This document shows positions 38,604 to 47,428 of a DNA stretch of 64,000 bases, piece by piece; the stretch's first letter is position 1, and each line of letters begins with the position of its first letter. The DNA is from a candidate division WOR-3 bacterium (GTDB lineage: Bacteria > Hydrothermota > Tepidihabitantia > B3-TA06). A program made the translations under genes and the position numbers. The stretch covers positions 96,001 to 160,000 of the forward strand of contig CBFGKC010000006.1 in the NCBI GenBank assembly GCA_965649265.1, written 5' to 3'. Under the pieces are notes generated by a model. It ran no database searches. It saw nothing but the letters and a program-made list of their open reading frames with translations, and was not told the DNA's origin.

Positions 38604-39131
38604 TTATTTATCAGTAACGCGGAGAACGGTCGAGCCTATGCCCCAGCCTGAGGTTTTTGAATCGACTTTTACAAAGACCTGAGTGCTGTCCGTTTTGATT
38701 TTCTTCACGTATATGCGCCCGATGAGTTCCTCATTATTCTCGTCGAATGCGCCGTCCCTCGCTATCATCCGGATGGTGTCTCCATCGACTATGCACTGGG
38801 CTGAGGCTATTATTTCGAGATCGCTTGCGTTTTCAAGTCTGGCTTTGGCGGTAACGGTCACCGAGTCGGCGCCTTTCGTCGGGTTAGGCTTGACTACTAT
38901 CTCCGAAACCCTGGGATATACGGCCACAGGTTCGTAGCAGGTCACGAGCCCCTGATCCAGCGGAGGTTTTTTGGCGCATGCCGCAATGATGGTCAGCCAC
39001 GCTCCAGCAAGCGCGAGCTTGAGCCAGCGTGATATCCTTGGCAGAGCGCTTCGTTCCTCACACCCGGTCAGAATGGAGAACAGTGCCGAGCCTGTTCTCC
39101 TCAAAAACCTTGACAGTAACTCTCGCTTCAT
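38604..39131 (-). CDS. CY-motif array protein 6 (predicted lipoprotein)
   Basis: IAA-C lipobox; GLVTCY; KPNPTKGADSV; RDGAFDE. Confidence 0.9.
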   Translation of the reverse strand: MKRELLSRFLRRTGSALFSILTGCEERSALPRISRWLKLALAGAWLTIIAACAKKPPLDQGLVTCYEPVAVYPRVSEIVVKPNPTKGADSVTVTAKARLENASDLEIIASAQCIVDGDTIRMIARDGAFDENNEELIGRIYVKKIKTDSTQVFVKVDSKTSGWGIGSTVLRVTDK

Positions 39132-39700
39132 AACGAGTCCTTTTCAGTGATAAATAGCGGTAATGAAACCAGTGCTTCTTCACCCTTGGAAGTGGCCGCG
39201 TGCACGTAGACGAAGGTGGTCCCGGGTTTAAGACCCGCGACGCTGATGCGTGCCTCAATCATCTCGACGGTATCCGAGAAGCGGCCGTCCACAGGGTACA
39301 TCCGGATTTTCCTTGACGTATCAATGGCCATTACGAGCCAAGCATCCGACACGTAATTGTTCTCAAGGCCAGGTTCCAGCACCCTTGCGGTGCCCGTTAT
39401 CTTGACAGTGTGCACGCCCCTTGTCGGGTTCGGGCTTGCCTGAACTACTGAGATTTCGGGATCCATCCTTCTCATCATGTAACATGTGTGGACAGGACCG
39501 TCGCCGTCTCCTCCTGGTCCGGGTCTTGCCTTTTTCCCGCACGAGGCTATCAGGGCGACAACGAGCCCGAGTAGCGAAACCTTCAAAAAGCGCGCGGTCT
39601 TTGAAAATATTGGAGTATCCTGGCATCTCGATAGCGCATTAAACACCAGATTACCTGCATTTCTGAGAACTGCAATCAAGCTCTTTCTCATCTTTGCCAT
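39128..39700 (-). CDS. CY-motif array protein 5 (predicted lipoprotein)
   Basis: IAS-C lipobox; PVHTCY; SPNPTRG; VDGRFSDT. Confidence 0.9.
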   Translation of the reverse strand: MAKMRKSLIAVLRNAGNLVFNALSRCQDTPIFSKTARFLKVSLLGLVVALIASCGKKARPGPGGDGDGPVHTCYMMRRMDPEISVVQASPNPTRGVHTVKITGTARVLEPGLENNYVSDAWLVMAIDTSRKIRMYPVDGRFSDTVEMIEARISVAGLKPGTTFVYVHAATSKGEEALVSLPLFITEKDSL

Positions 39701-39719
39701 TCTGCCTCTCCTATCTCGT

Positions 39720-40262
39720 TTAATCTGGTTCAGTAATCACCAGTTCTAAAGATTCAATTTCAATTTGACCGGAAGAATTTTCTACCTCTAAGTATATCCA
39801 TGTCGTTTCCGGCTCAAGGTCTCCAACGTAAAGTCGGCCGACTATTCTCTCCGAAGCGGCGTCGAATTTCCCGTCAATCGCCCGCATGGGGTAATATATT
39901 GTATCTCCATCCATTCTCATGCGGGCTGAGCTTATCGTGCTTTCGCCGCTGTAGTGATCGCTAATCTTTGCCGTGGCCTTGACGGTTACCGAATCGGCGC
40001 CCCTTGTAGGGTTAGGCCTTACGGAAAGTTTGGATAGTTCTATGAGGGGAGGGGGGGCGGGCTTGTAGCACATTATGACGTCTTCCTTTGCTTCGAGCGA
40101 GAGAGCGCTCACGAGTGCCACGAAAAATCCGAGGAATGTGAGCTTCAACCATCTTGCCGCCCCGGGGAGGATGCGGCGTTCCTCGAATCCGGAAAACGTT
40201 CCGAAAAGCCTTCCGCCAATCCTTGCAAAAAAGTCTGCCAGGCGTTTTCTGAGTTCAGGCAT
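39720..40262 (-). CDS. CY-motif array protein 4 (SPase I type)
   Basis: LEA|KEDVIMCY; RPNPTRGADSV; IDGKFD. Confidence 0.9.
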   Translation of the reverse strand: MPELRKRLADFFARIGGRLFGTFSGFEERRILPGAARWLKLTFLGFFVALVSALSLEAKEDVIMCYKPAPPPLIELSKLSVRPNPTRGADSVTVKATAKISDHYSGESTISSARMRMDGDTIYYPMRAIDGKFDAASERIVGRLYVGDLEPETTWIYLEVENSSGQIEIESLELVITEPD

Positions 40263-40263
40263 A

Positions 40264-40833
40264 TCAATCCTCCTTATTCTCGTTGCTGTCCGCTTCCGGT
40301 GCGGTGATGATTAATTGCCTCCAGGTGCTTTCCGCGTTGCCTGAGTTTGTCCTCACCACTATGTAAATCCAGGTGGTCTCCGGCTTGTGATCCCCGACGT
40401 AGAGACGGCCTTCGACTGTTTCAAGGGTATCGCCGAACTTACCGTCAACCGCTTTCATCGGATATAAAAGGGTATCTCCGGTAAGCTGCATAATTGCTTC
40501 GGAAACAGCGGTGTCACCTGAGCAATAATATGCAGATTCCAATTTTGCGGTTGCCTTGACTGTAACGGTGTCTTTTCCTGCAGTGGGGTTCGGTGTTGCC
40601 GAGACATCGAAGATACTTAAGTGAGGTTCCTCAATAGGCACGTAGCACATGATGATATCGTCGTCCGCCTTGAGCGCTGGCGCGCCCAGCAGGGTTACCA
40701 GCAATCCCAGAACCGAAAGCTTTAGCCATCTTGCCGGTCTGCGTAGGATACCGCGTTCCTCCAATCCGGACAGTATCCCGAATAAGGAGCCGCCTATCCG
40801 TGAAGAGATGCGGGCCAGTAAGCCTTTTGTCAT
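40264..40833 (-). CDS. CY-motif array protein 3 (SPase I type)
   Basis: LKA|DDDIIMCY; TPNPTAGKDTV; VDGKFGDT. Confidence 0.9.
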   Translation of the reverse strand: MTKGLLARISSRIGGSLFGILSGLEERGILRRPARWLKLSVLGLLVTLLGAPALKADDDIIMCYVPIEEPHLSIFDVSATPNPTAGKDTVTVKATAKLESAYYCSGDTAVSEAIMQLTGDTLLYPMKAVDGKFGDTLETVEGRLYVGDHKPETTWIYIVVRTNSGNAESTWRQLIITAPEADSNENKED

Positions 40834-41409
40834 CTACTCCTCCCTGGCAGCGCTCGAATCAGCTGCGAGCGAATCAATCCTTGTTACGGTGTAGGACTGC
40901 CAAAGAATCTCTTCATCTTCTCTGGAACTCGTCACGTCTATAAAGAACCAGTGGGTGCCGGTATCCAGGTCGCCTGTGTAAAACATGGCCTCAAGAACCT
41001 CAAGAGTGTCGTTAAGCTTGCCGTCCACGGCCTTCATGGGAATCCTCAGGGTGTCACGCTGCCTGGAAAGCCAGGCGTTTCGGATGTAATTGTTCTCAAG
41101 GGTCGGGTCCAGAACTTTTGCAGTTACCTTTACTTTTACCGAGTCCGCTCCTCGAGTCGGATTTGGTGTGATGGACACATCCGAAATCTTTACCTCCGGC
41201 ATCCTCATGGCTACGTAACAGGTCTTAATTGTTTCTACCTCGGCGGAAAGTGCTCCGATGGCTGCGGTAAGAAATCCAAGCAGTGAGAGCTTTAACCAGC
41301 GCGAAGCGCTGGGCACAATCCCGCGCTCTTCGAATCGCGACAGGAGTGAAAAGAGACCTCCTCCCAGCACTTCAAGAATCCTTACGACGAACCCTTTCGT
41401 TCTCGCCAC
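40834..41409 (-). CDS. CY-motif array protein 2 (SPase I type)
   Basis: GTG start at 41409 (MARTKG); LSA|EVETIKTCY; TPNPTRGADSV; VDGKLNDT. Confidence 0.9.
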   Translation of the reverse strand: MARTKGFVVRILEVLGGGLFSLLSRFEERGIVPSASRWLKLSLLGFLTAAIGALSAEVETIKTCYVAMRMPEVKISDVSITPNPTRGADSVKVKVTAKVLDPTLENNYIRNAWLSRQRDTLRIPMKAVDGKLNDTLEVLEAMFYTGDLDTGTHWFFIDVTSSREDEEILWQSYTVTRIDSLAADSSAAREE

Positions 41410-41410
41410 G

Positions 41411-41983
41411 TCACTCCACCTTTGTCGAATCAGTCCTGATAGAATCAGGCTCCGAGACTTCAAAATAAAACCAGCTCGCTTCCAGTGCATCCTGGGATGT
41501 CTGGACGAGCATTGAGATCGAGTACTGGCCCGGTTCAAGATTTCCAACGTAAACCGTACCCTCGAGCACCTCGAGCGTGTCGTCCATCTTGCCGTCAAGT
41601 GCTTTGACCTTGAACCTCGTCGTATCACCGTCCCAGGAGAGCCAGGCGTCCTTTATGAAGTTATCCTTGATATTCGAGTACATCACCTTGGCCTGGGCCT
41701 TCACTTTCACCGAATCCGCTCCCTTCGTGGTATCAGGGGTTACGGACTTCTCTGTTATGATGACGTCGGGAATCCTCGCGACGATGTAGCAGGTGACTTC
41801 CGGATCCCTGGCTTGAAGTGAGAGTGTCGCGACTAGCGAGGCTATGATTCCCAGGGTCGAGATCTTTATCCATCTCGCGGCACGCGGCATGACGCCTTTT
41901 TCTTCTATCATTGTCAGAAAATGGAAAATTGCATCTCCCAGTTTCCCTAACAGCCTGGATAAGAGGTTGCGTGTCTTGGCCAT
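41411..41983 (-). CDS. CY-motif array protein 1 (SPase I type)
   Basis: Start MAKTRN with RBS AAAGGAG; LQA|RDPEVTCY; TPDTTKGADSV; LDGKMDDT. Confidence 0.9.
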   Translation of the reverse strand: MAKTRNLLSRLLGKLGDAIFHFLTMIEEKGVMPRAARWIKISTLGIIASLVATLSLQARDPEVTCYIVARIPDVIITEKSVTPDTTKGADSVKVKAQAKVMYSNIKDNFIKDAWLSWDGDTTRFKVKALDGKMDDTLEVLEGTVYVGNLEPGQYSISMLVQTSQDALEASWFYFEVSEPDSIRTDSTKVE

Positions 41984-42033
41984 CGTCGCTCCTTTAATTC
42001 TCAATACAAGAAAACATCTCAAATATTCCCCAC

Positions 42034-42061
42034 AATATAAGCCCCAAAAGACAGGTGTCAA
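42034..42061 (-). promoter_or_regulatory. promoter of the CY-array/rSAM operon
   Basis: TTGACA-N16-TATATT on minus strand. Confidence 0.65.
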
Positions 42062-42085
42062 GCATATCTTACGGGCGGATACTCA

Positions 42086-42114
42086 TTGACAAAGATGCAG
42101 CATTTCTCTATAAT
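42086..42114 (+). promoter_or_regulatory. consensus sigma70 promoter (divergent)
   Basis: TTGACA-N17-TATAAT. Confidence 0.75.
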
Positions 42115-42198
42115 AAAACATGGGAAAGAACAGGGAGTTTCCAATGAAAAAAAAAAGGTTTGTGATAGTTCCGAGTCATTTTACAGGGAGAGATTGAG

Positions 42199-43521
42199 AT
42201 GCATCCATTTCTGGTTTTCTGTTGTTGTTTGATTTCATCTTTGACTTGGAATAGACATTATGATTTTCGGTTTAGTGACCACTGTAGCGCGCTTGTGCCG
42301 GTAGAGGACGGTTACGTGATTACGGGTAACACTATGCGGTATCTATTCGTGCAGAAGGTCGATACTCTGGGAAATCAAGTCGGTTACAAAGAGTGGTATA
42401 AGGCCGAAGGTTATGACATAGAGAGAATGTCTGATGGTTATATTATTCTTGCGTACAAAGACGAATCTCCCAGGCACGGGATTTGGTTGGTAAGAACAGA
42501 TAGCGATTTTGACACACTTTGGAGTAGAAGCTATGGATATAATAATGGAATTATGGCAAAATCTCACTCATTTGATTTAACAGATGACAGTGGTTTAGTG
42601 ATGGTCGGTGAGTGCGGCACGGGTCTTATTGTCTTTAAAACCGATAGTCTTGGTGATAGCTCCTGGGTAAAAAAATATTTTCAGTCTGTCTCGATGCGCG
42701 CTGGGAATTTTATTGAAGAAACATCTGATCAAGGTTTTATTGTTACGGGAGTTTGTGAGGAACGTTTTTTTGCACTGAAATTGGATGAGAATGGGGATTC
42801 CTTATGGTGTAAGAAATATTTTGAGGAAAAAACAGGTGAAGGTCTTTGTATAAGAGAAACCTCCGACAAAGGCTTTATAGTATTGGCTAGGATAAGGTAT
42901 GGTAGTTCGGATTCCTTGCTTCTCATCAAGACGGATTCTTTTGGAAACGCTTTGTGGGTGAGAAAATTCAATTCGATGTCTCATTGGACTAGAACATGTT
43001 ATATTGAGGTTCTGGATGATGGTTATGTTATGATTTCAGGGTCACAAGAAGGTCCATTAGTCAGGAAATTTGACGAGTCTGGGAATGTCCTTTGGACAAA
43101 GACCTACAATCGTAATTTCGGTTATTTTTCCGGATTTGAAGGCACATGTATTCATTACACATCGGATAAAGGTTTTATTATTGGCACCGCTTTGGATATA
43201 TCTCCATACGGATCAGACCTCTGGCTGGTGAAAACCGACAGCCTAGGAAACACGGTTCCTCTTGAATCCGTGATAGAGCCAACGGAGACTGCCGTTAGCG
43301 AAGTTCATCTGAGTGTTTTGAATTCAGCTGTTGCATATTCCTTACCTGCTGGCGAGCGTTGTTTGTTGAAAATCTATGATGTTAGTGGAGTATTGAAAAA
43401 AGGAGAAATTGTTTGTGGCCGCGGAGAGATGCGACTAAAAGAATTCCCTGTAGGGGTTTATTTCGCTGAGTTACAGTTCATGCGAAGTGCTGAAATCAAA
43501 AAGGTATTAGTTTTTCCCTAG
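42199..43521 (+). CDS. secreted beta-propeller repeat protein with T9SS-like CTD
   Basis: LVKTDSLG / ETSDKGFI repeats; IYDVSG...GVYF...KKVLVF; AT-rich. Confidence 0.82.
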   Translation: MHPFLVFCCCLISSLTWNRHYDFRFSDHCSALVPVEDGYVITGNTMRYLFVQKVDTLGNQVGYKEWYKAEGYDIERMSDGYIILAYKDESPRHGIWLVRTDSDFDTLWSRSYGYNNGIMAKSHSFDLTDDSGLVMVGECGTGLIVFKTDSLGDSSWVKKYFQSVSMRAGNFIEETSDQGFIVTGVCEERFFALKLDENGDSLWCKKYFEEKTGEGLCIRETSDKGFIVLARIRYGSSDSLLLIKTDSFGNALWVRKFNSMSHWTRTCYIEVLDDGYVMISGSQEGPLVRKFDESGNVLWTKTYNRNFGYFSGFEGTCIHYTSDKGFIIGTALDISPYGSDLWLVKTDSLGNTVPLESVIEPTETAVSEVHLSVLNSAVAYSLPAGERCLLKIYDVSGVLKKGEIVCGRGEMRLKEFPVGVYFAELQFMRSAEIKKVLVFP

Positions 43522-43571
43522 TCGAAAATAGTTTTCGTTGACTAACTCTTTTGTTCAAGTACAATCCCCGC

Positions 43572-43991
43572 GTGAAGCAGCTCTTATCGGACTGGCGGGT
43601 GCTTTCGGCGATCGCGATACTCGGATGGGGGACCTGGGGCATACTCTCAAAGATTGCCCTGAAACAGGTTGACTGGCGGGTCATGATGCTGATTACGTCC
43701 GTAGCCGCCCTTCCTCTGGCTTTCATACTCGGGATTCCGAATTTCGACTGGAAGTTTAACCGCTACATCCTTCTCGCTTTTTTTGCAGGAATCGGAGCCG
43801 AGGTCGCGACGCTCTCCTTCAACCGCGCGATTCAAAAGGGCGGACCCGCGAACGTCGTGGTCCCACTCACCTCACAGTACGTGCTCGTCATAGTGCTTTT
43901 TTCGACCATTTTCCTAAAAGAGCCTATAACGTGGCAGAGAATCGTCGGCATCGTTGCCGCGCTCATAGCAATTGTGATGCTTTCGCTGTGA
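43572..43991 (+). CDS. EamA/DMT-family small membrane transporter
   Basis: WGTWGILSK, GPANVVVPL, FLKEPIT; TTGACT-N16-TACAAT-N6-GTG leaderless start. Confidence 0.88.
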   Translation: MKQLLSDWRVLSAIAILGWGTWGILSKIALKQVDWRVMMLITSVAALPLAFILGIPNFDWKFNRYILLAFFAGIGAEVATLSFNRAIQKGGPANVVVPLTSQYVLVIVLFSTIFLKEPITWQRIVGIVAALIAIVMLSL

Positions 43992-44296
43992 TATTTTTCC
44001 TTATCGAATGAGTGCAAATCGAACCACCTCTTTCGTACTCTCCTTCTTACCCCCGGGATAGTATTGAGGGCGTCATTGCGTTGTTCACAGGATTACTGAT
44101 ATGGTTTTGCATGCAGAATTGCAAAGAATACTATATTTAAGAAAACACCCGATTTTCAGGCGAAGTTAAAGATACAAATCGAAAATCATTACGGCGGCGA
44201 CAATCATTGCGAATCAACGCTATAATCCCTAATGCACAATTGATGAATTTCCTGTGACTTGATACGGTGGCCTTCGGCAAAAGCCGAAATCTACTG

Positions 44297-44512
44297 TTAT
44301 TTCCTTGAAGCTTTGTTCAGTTCTTGCAGAACTTTTTCAGGCTCGGCAATATTGTAGCGGTCCATAAGCTCACCAACGGTTCCCCAGGCTGGTTCGCCGC
44401 AAACAAAGCAAGGCATACCAAACGCTATGAAAACCTCGACCGTTTCAGGATATTTCGAAATCACCTCTTCGATGACGGATTCCCTCGAAATCTCAAAGTC
44501 TCCTTTATTCAT
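44297..44512 (-). CDS. DUF1858-domain small protein
   Basis: IEEVISKYPETVEVF..FGMPCFVC. Confidence 0.85.
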   Translation of the reverse strand: MNKGDFEISRESVIEEVISKYPETVEVFIAFGMPCFVCGEPAWGTVGELMDRYNIAEPEKVLQELNKASRK

Positions 44513-44604
44513 TATAATCTCCTTAAGTTATGTTAGTTATAATAACAAATACTTGACAATTCGGTGATTCTTTAGCATAATTATACGGACTATAGGAGGA
44601 TGCA

Positions 44605-44979
44605 GTGAATTTATCTCGTGCCGAGCGAATACAAGAATTACTCAACGATATCCGCAGGATTGATCCTGATATAGAAGGTACAGCCGTTGCGACAAATGAA
44701 GGCCTTGTCATTGCTTCTTCCCTTAACGAGAATCTTGACGAAGAAAGACTTTCGGCCGTATGTGCAGCAGTAAACGAGGCCATTCGCAGGACGGCGGAGG
44801 AACTGGATAAAGGCAGGCCAACAGAGGTTCTCATTCATGCCCCGCAAGGCTACATTTTCATCATGAAGGCAGGAGCGGCTTCGCTTCTTGTTGCCGTCAC
44901 ACGGCGTACGGCGAATGTCGGACTCATCCTGTTGGACATGCGTAAGATAGCACGCGAAGTAACACCTATCCTCGACTAA
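44605..44979 (+). CDS. roadblock/LC7 (MglB-like) protein
   Basis: IEGTAVATNEGLVIAS, RLSAV, NVGLILLDM; RBS AGGAGG. Confidence 0.9.
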   Translation: MNLSRAERIQELLNDIRRIDPDIEGTAVATNEGLVIASSLNENLDEERLSAVCAAVNEAIRRTAEELDKGRPTEVLIHAPQGYIFIMKAGAASLLVAVTRRTANVGLILLDMRKIAREVTPILD

Positions 44980-44980
44980 A

Positions 44981-45604
44981 TCAATTTCCGCTCGTTCGGA
45001 AGTACACCTTGAAATCGCTCCAGTCCTTGGGTGTCTGGAGAGGAGGAAATGTGTCAATTTCTTTTGTATCTGTACTGTCAACAGGTAAGTGGGGGAGAAA
45101 GATTGTTTCGGCCGCCACGTCTTTCCAATTTGATATATACCAGTAGTTGCCCCGTTTTATAATCTCGAGCTTCATTCCACCTGCAAGGGTTTCGTAGCCG
45201 TCGATGGCTGTAAGAATCAGGTAGTTTGCGTCAAGGTAGGCCATGGTATCGTTTGCGGAGAAAGAAGTAGTGTCCATTTGAAGCAGAAGGGGGGGGATCT
45301 GTCTGGACGTGGCGAGCTGGTTGAACATCTTCTGGGTGAGCCTTGATTCGGCCGAGTCCTCCCACGGGGTATACGCGGTTCCTCTTGTGGAATCCTCGGG
45401 GTTGAACTTGAAGCTGAAGGTATCCAGACACAGAAAGAATTTTTCGAAATCAAGCGTGTTGTAGGAATCCACAAGATTGTGAATGACGGCCATGGAATCA
45501 ATGGGAGTCAATTCCCTTGCATAGTCGCGGGGGTCAAAAAACTCGCAGCCAGCCGCCAGAAGTACTAAAATAAAACCCAAAATCACGCAAAAGAACTTTT
45601 TCAC
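44981..45604 (-). CDS. hypothetical lipoprotein (NTF2-like fold possible)
   Basis: Lipobox LAAG-C; FDPR; WYISNWKD. Confidence 0.75.
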   Translation of the reverse strand: MKKFFCVILGFILVLLAAGCEFFDPRDYARELTPIDSMAVIHNLVDSYNTLDFEKFFLCLDTFSFKFNPEDSTRGTAYTPWEDSAESRLTQKMFNQLATSRQIPPLLLQMDTTSFSANDTMAYLDANYLILTAIDGYETLAGGMKLEIIKRGNYWYISNWKDVAAETIFLPHLPVDSTDTKEIDTFPPLQTPKDWSDFKVYFRTSGN

Positions 45605-45658
45605 GGTAACTCCTTGTTATTCAAATTTCGATTCGTCTGCGGTTCATACGAGGTGAGT

Positions 45659-47428
45659 CTAAAAAGAACCGTAGATCGACAAAGAAGCTTCGAGTGGTGC
45701 CTCATAGTCGCTTCTGATAAACTTGAAACCGCCGCTTATGGTCAGATACGGCCACGGGTAGTAGTTTGCCTCAATGCCTGCAAAATGGCTGGACTGTGTC
45801 AGCGCTTGCCCGTCGGAAGGGAATAGCTTTTGTTTGAGTCCCACGAAACCGGTGATTGTCAACCACTGTCTGGACCACCAACCGGGTTGATACCATTTTG
45901 GAGCCTCCTCTTTTCTCAGGGATATGTAAGAGAGGCTGTAGCGCTGCTCAATCTCGTCGCGAATAGCGCTTTGTTTGAGGTCGCCGGAAATCATGCGCCA
46001 GTTTTCGTATCTCTTCCAACTCACTCTTGCATCAGGTCTCAAGCACTCTTTCGGAAAAAGAGTCAATTCAAAAATATCGGACCAGGTTCTATCGGCGCGG
46101 TTGTTGGAAGAGTCTGTATAATATTCGGTCCAGTCAAAAGAAAGACTGGCAGAATTCGCAATGGACGAAAAACTCAGTATATTAAGATCGCAGTCCCATG
46201 CAGCCTGGCTTGAACGGCGAAGGTTTGAACTTGCAGCATAGGCCGGTCTTACATAGTGCGTGCGAGTAACAGAATGGTTGAGCTTGAAGTTTGTCGTAAA
46301 GTCGGTCCAGAGGTTGAGGGAGGTGGAGAGGTTTGCCTTTTCCGTGAACTTGTCATGGTCCAGATTGTTGAGGGTATCGGGCGTGTCAAAGCGTTCCAAA
46401 GAAATGGTGTGGGAGAAATACATGGATCCGGGAGATAGGGGGCGGGCCTCGCTGCCTGTGCTTCTGGCGTAGGAAGGTCTTCTCGTGAAATTGTGGTTTA
46501 TTGTGCTGGTGAATGTGTTAAGTGTTTTGTTGTAATCGTAGTAACTTTCACTTTGGTCGTGCAAGGTGTTGTCAGTAGAGAAAAGAAGGCGCAGGGAAGT
46601 ATACCGCAAAACCTGGTAAAGCATGGTTGCGTCAAGATTGCGTTCGGTTTCCTTGTAGCTGGAACTCATGAAGGAATTGTTCACGAGCGTATCGATTGAA
46701 TAGTTCGCGGAAAAATCAAGTTTAATACGCGGAGATAATGAAAGGGTATCTCTGATCCAGGCAAGAGCGCCCAGCTCGTCATAATCCGAAAAACCCCTTG
46801 CTTCGCGCTTGCCGAATGATGCTCCCGAAAGGAAGCCGCTTTTAAAAAACGGCAGCGATGACAAGGAAATTTCAAAGGTGTCTCCCTTATCGCTCCAGTT
46901 TGAATGAATTTCTCTATTGTGATAAAAACTCAAGGTGCAAGGTGCGGTACGAACCATAAAAAGCGCATAGTCCTGCATAGTCGTATCGAAAGACCATCCG
47001 GCACCCGGTCCGTAAAGAGCGACTCTTTCATTTCCGTAACTGGCTTTGAAGTGTGTATAGAGGAGGTCCTTTGTGGTTACCGTATTTAAATAAGCGTAGG
47101 ATGCGTGGCGTTCGTATCCTTCCGTACCGTCGGACTCGGTGGTAAGGGTTTTGGAACCATTAATTCCTGTGGTCAGGGAAAACCAGTCAACGGGACGATA
47201 TGTGAGATCGACGACGCCGTAGTTAATCCTGTTAAGATTCTTGGAAAGCGAGTCCCAGTTGGAGGAACTCCACTGGCTCAGGGATACTCCTAACTGGCTG
47301 GAAAGCATGCGCTCAAAGTATGCACTTTCCCAAAACCCTCTGGTCAAGACGGTATTGTATCCGGAACTTTGAACTATTACCGTGTCTGCGTTGAAGGCGC
47401 TAGGCAATAATATCAATAAGCTTAACAT
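45659..47428 (-). CDS. hypothetical outer-membrane beta-barrel protein
   Basis: Signal peptide, Ser/Thr/Tyr-rich alternating strands, C-terminal Phe. Confidence 0.7.
   Translation of the reverse strand: MLSLLILLPSAFNADTVIVQSSGYNTVLTRGFWESAYFERMLSSQLGVSLSQWSSSNWDSLSKNLNRINYGVVDLTYRPVDWFSLTTGINGSKTLTTESDGTEGYERHASYAYLNTVTTKDLLYTHFKASYGNERVALYGPGAGWSFDTTMQDYALFMVRTAPCTLSFYHNREIHSNWSDKGDTFEISLSSLPFFKSGFLSGASFGKREARGFSDYDELGALAWIRDTLSLSPRIKLDFSANYSIDTLVNNSFMSSSYKETERNLDATMLYQVLRYTSLRLLFSTDNTLHDQSESYYDYNKTLNTFTSTINHNFTRRPSYARSTGSEARPLSPGSMYFSHTISLERFDTPDTLNNLDHDKFTEKANLSTSLNLWTDFTTNFKLNHSVTRTHYVRPAYAASSNLRRSSQAAWDCDLNILSFSSIANSASLSFDWTEYYTDSSNNRADRTWSDIFELTLFPKECLRPDARVSWKRYENWRMISGDLKQSAIRDEIEQRYSLSYISLRKEEAPKWYQPGWWSRQWLTITGFVGLKQKLFPSDGQALTQSSHFAGIEANYYPWPYLTISGGFKFIRSDYEAPLEASLSIYGSF

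Noticed and set aside
41410-41628. Long N-terminal extensions of array members 1, 2, 7 and 9 in the ORF track
   Set aside because: They overlap upstream genes or promoters; paralog alignment and RBS positions support the shorter starts.
35087-41983. PNP motif of array proteins as T9SS CTD
   Set aside because: It lies at the start of the domain, and the YDxxG, GxY and terminal KxxI/V motifs are missing.
35087-41983. Tat signal peptides in array leaders
   Set aside because: RR appears in only some members and not in an S/T-R-R-x-F-L-K context.
35087-41983. Diversity-generating retroelement driving the array
   Set aside because: No reverse transcriptase and no adenine-specific TR/VR pair were seen.
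43992-44296. Possible RNA gene in this intergenic gap
   Set aside because: No tRNA cloverleaf, riboswitch signature or promoter-terminator pair could be recognised.
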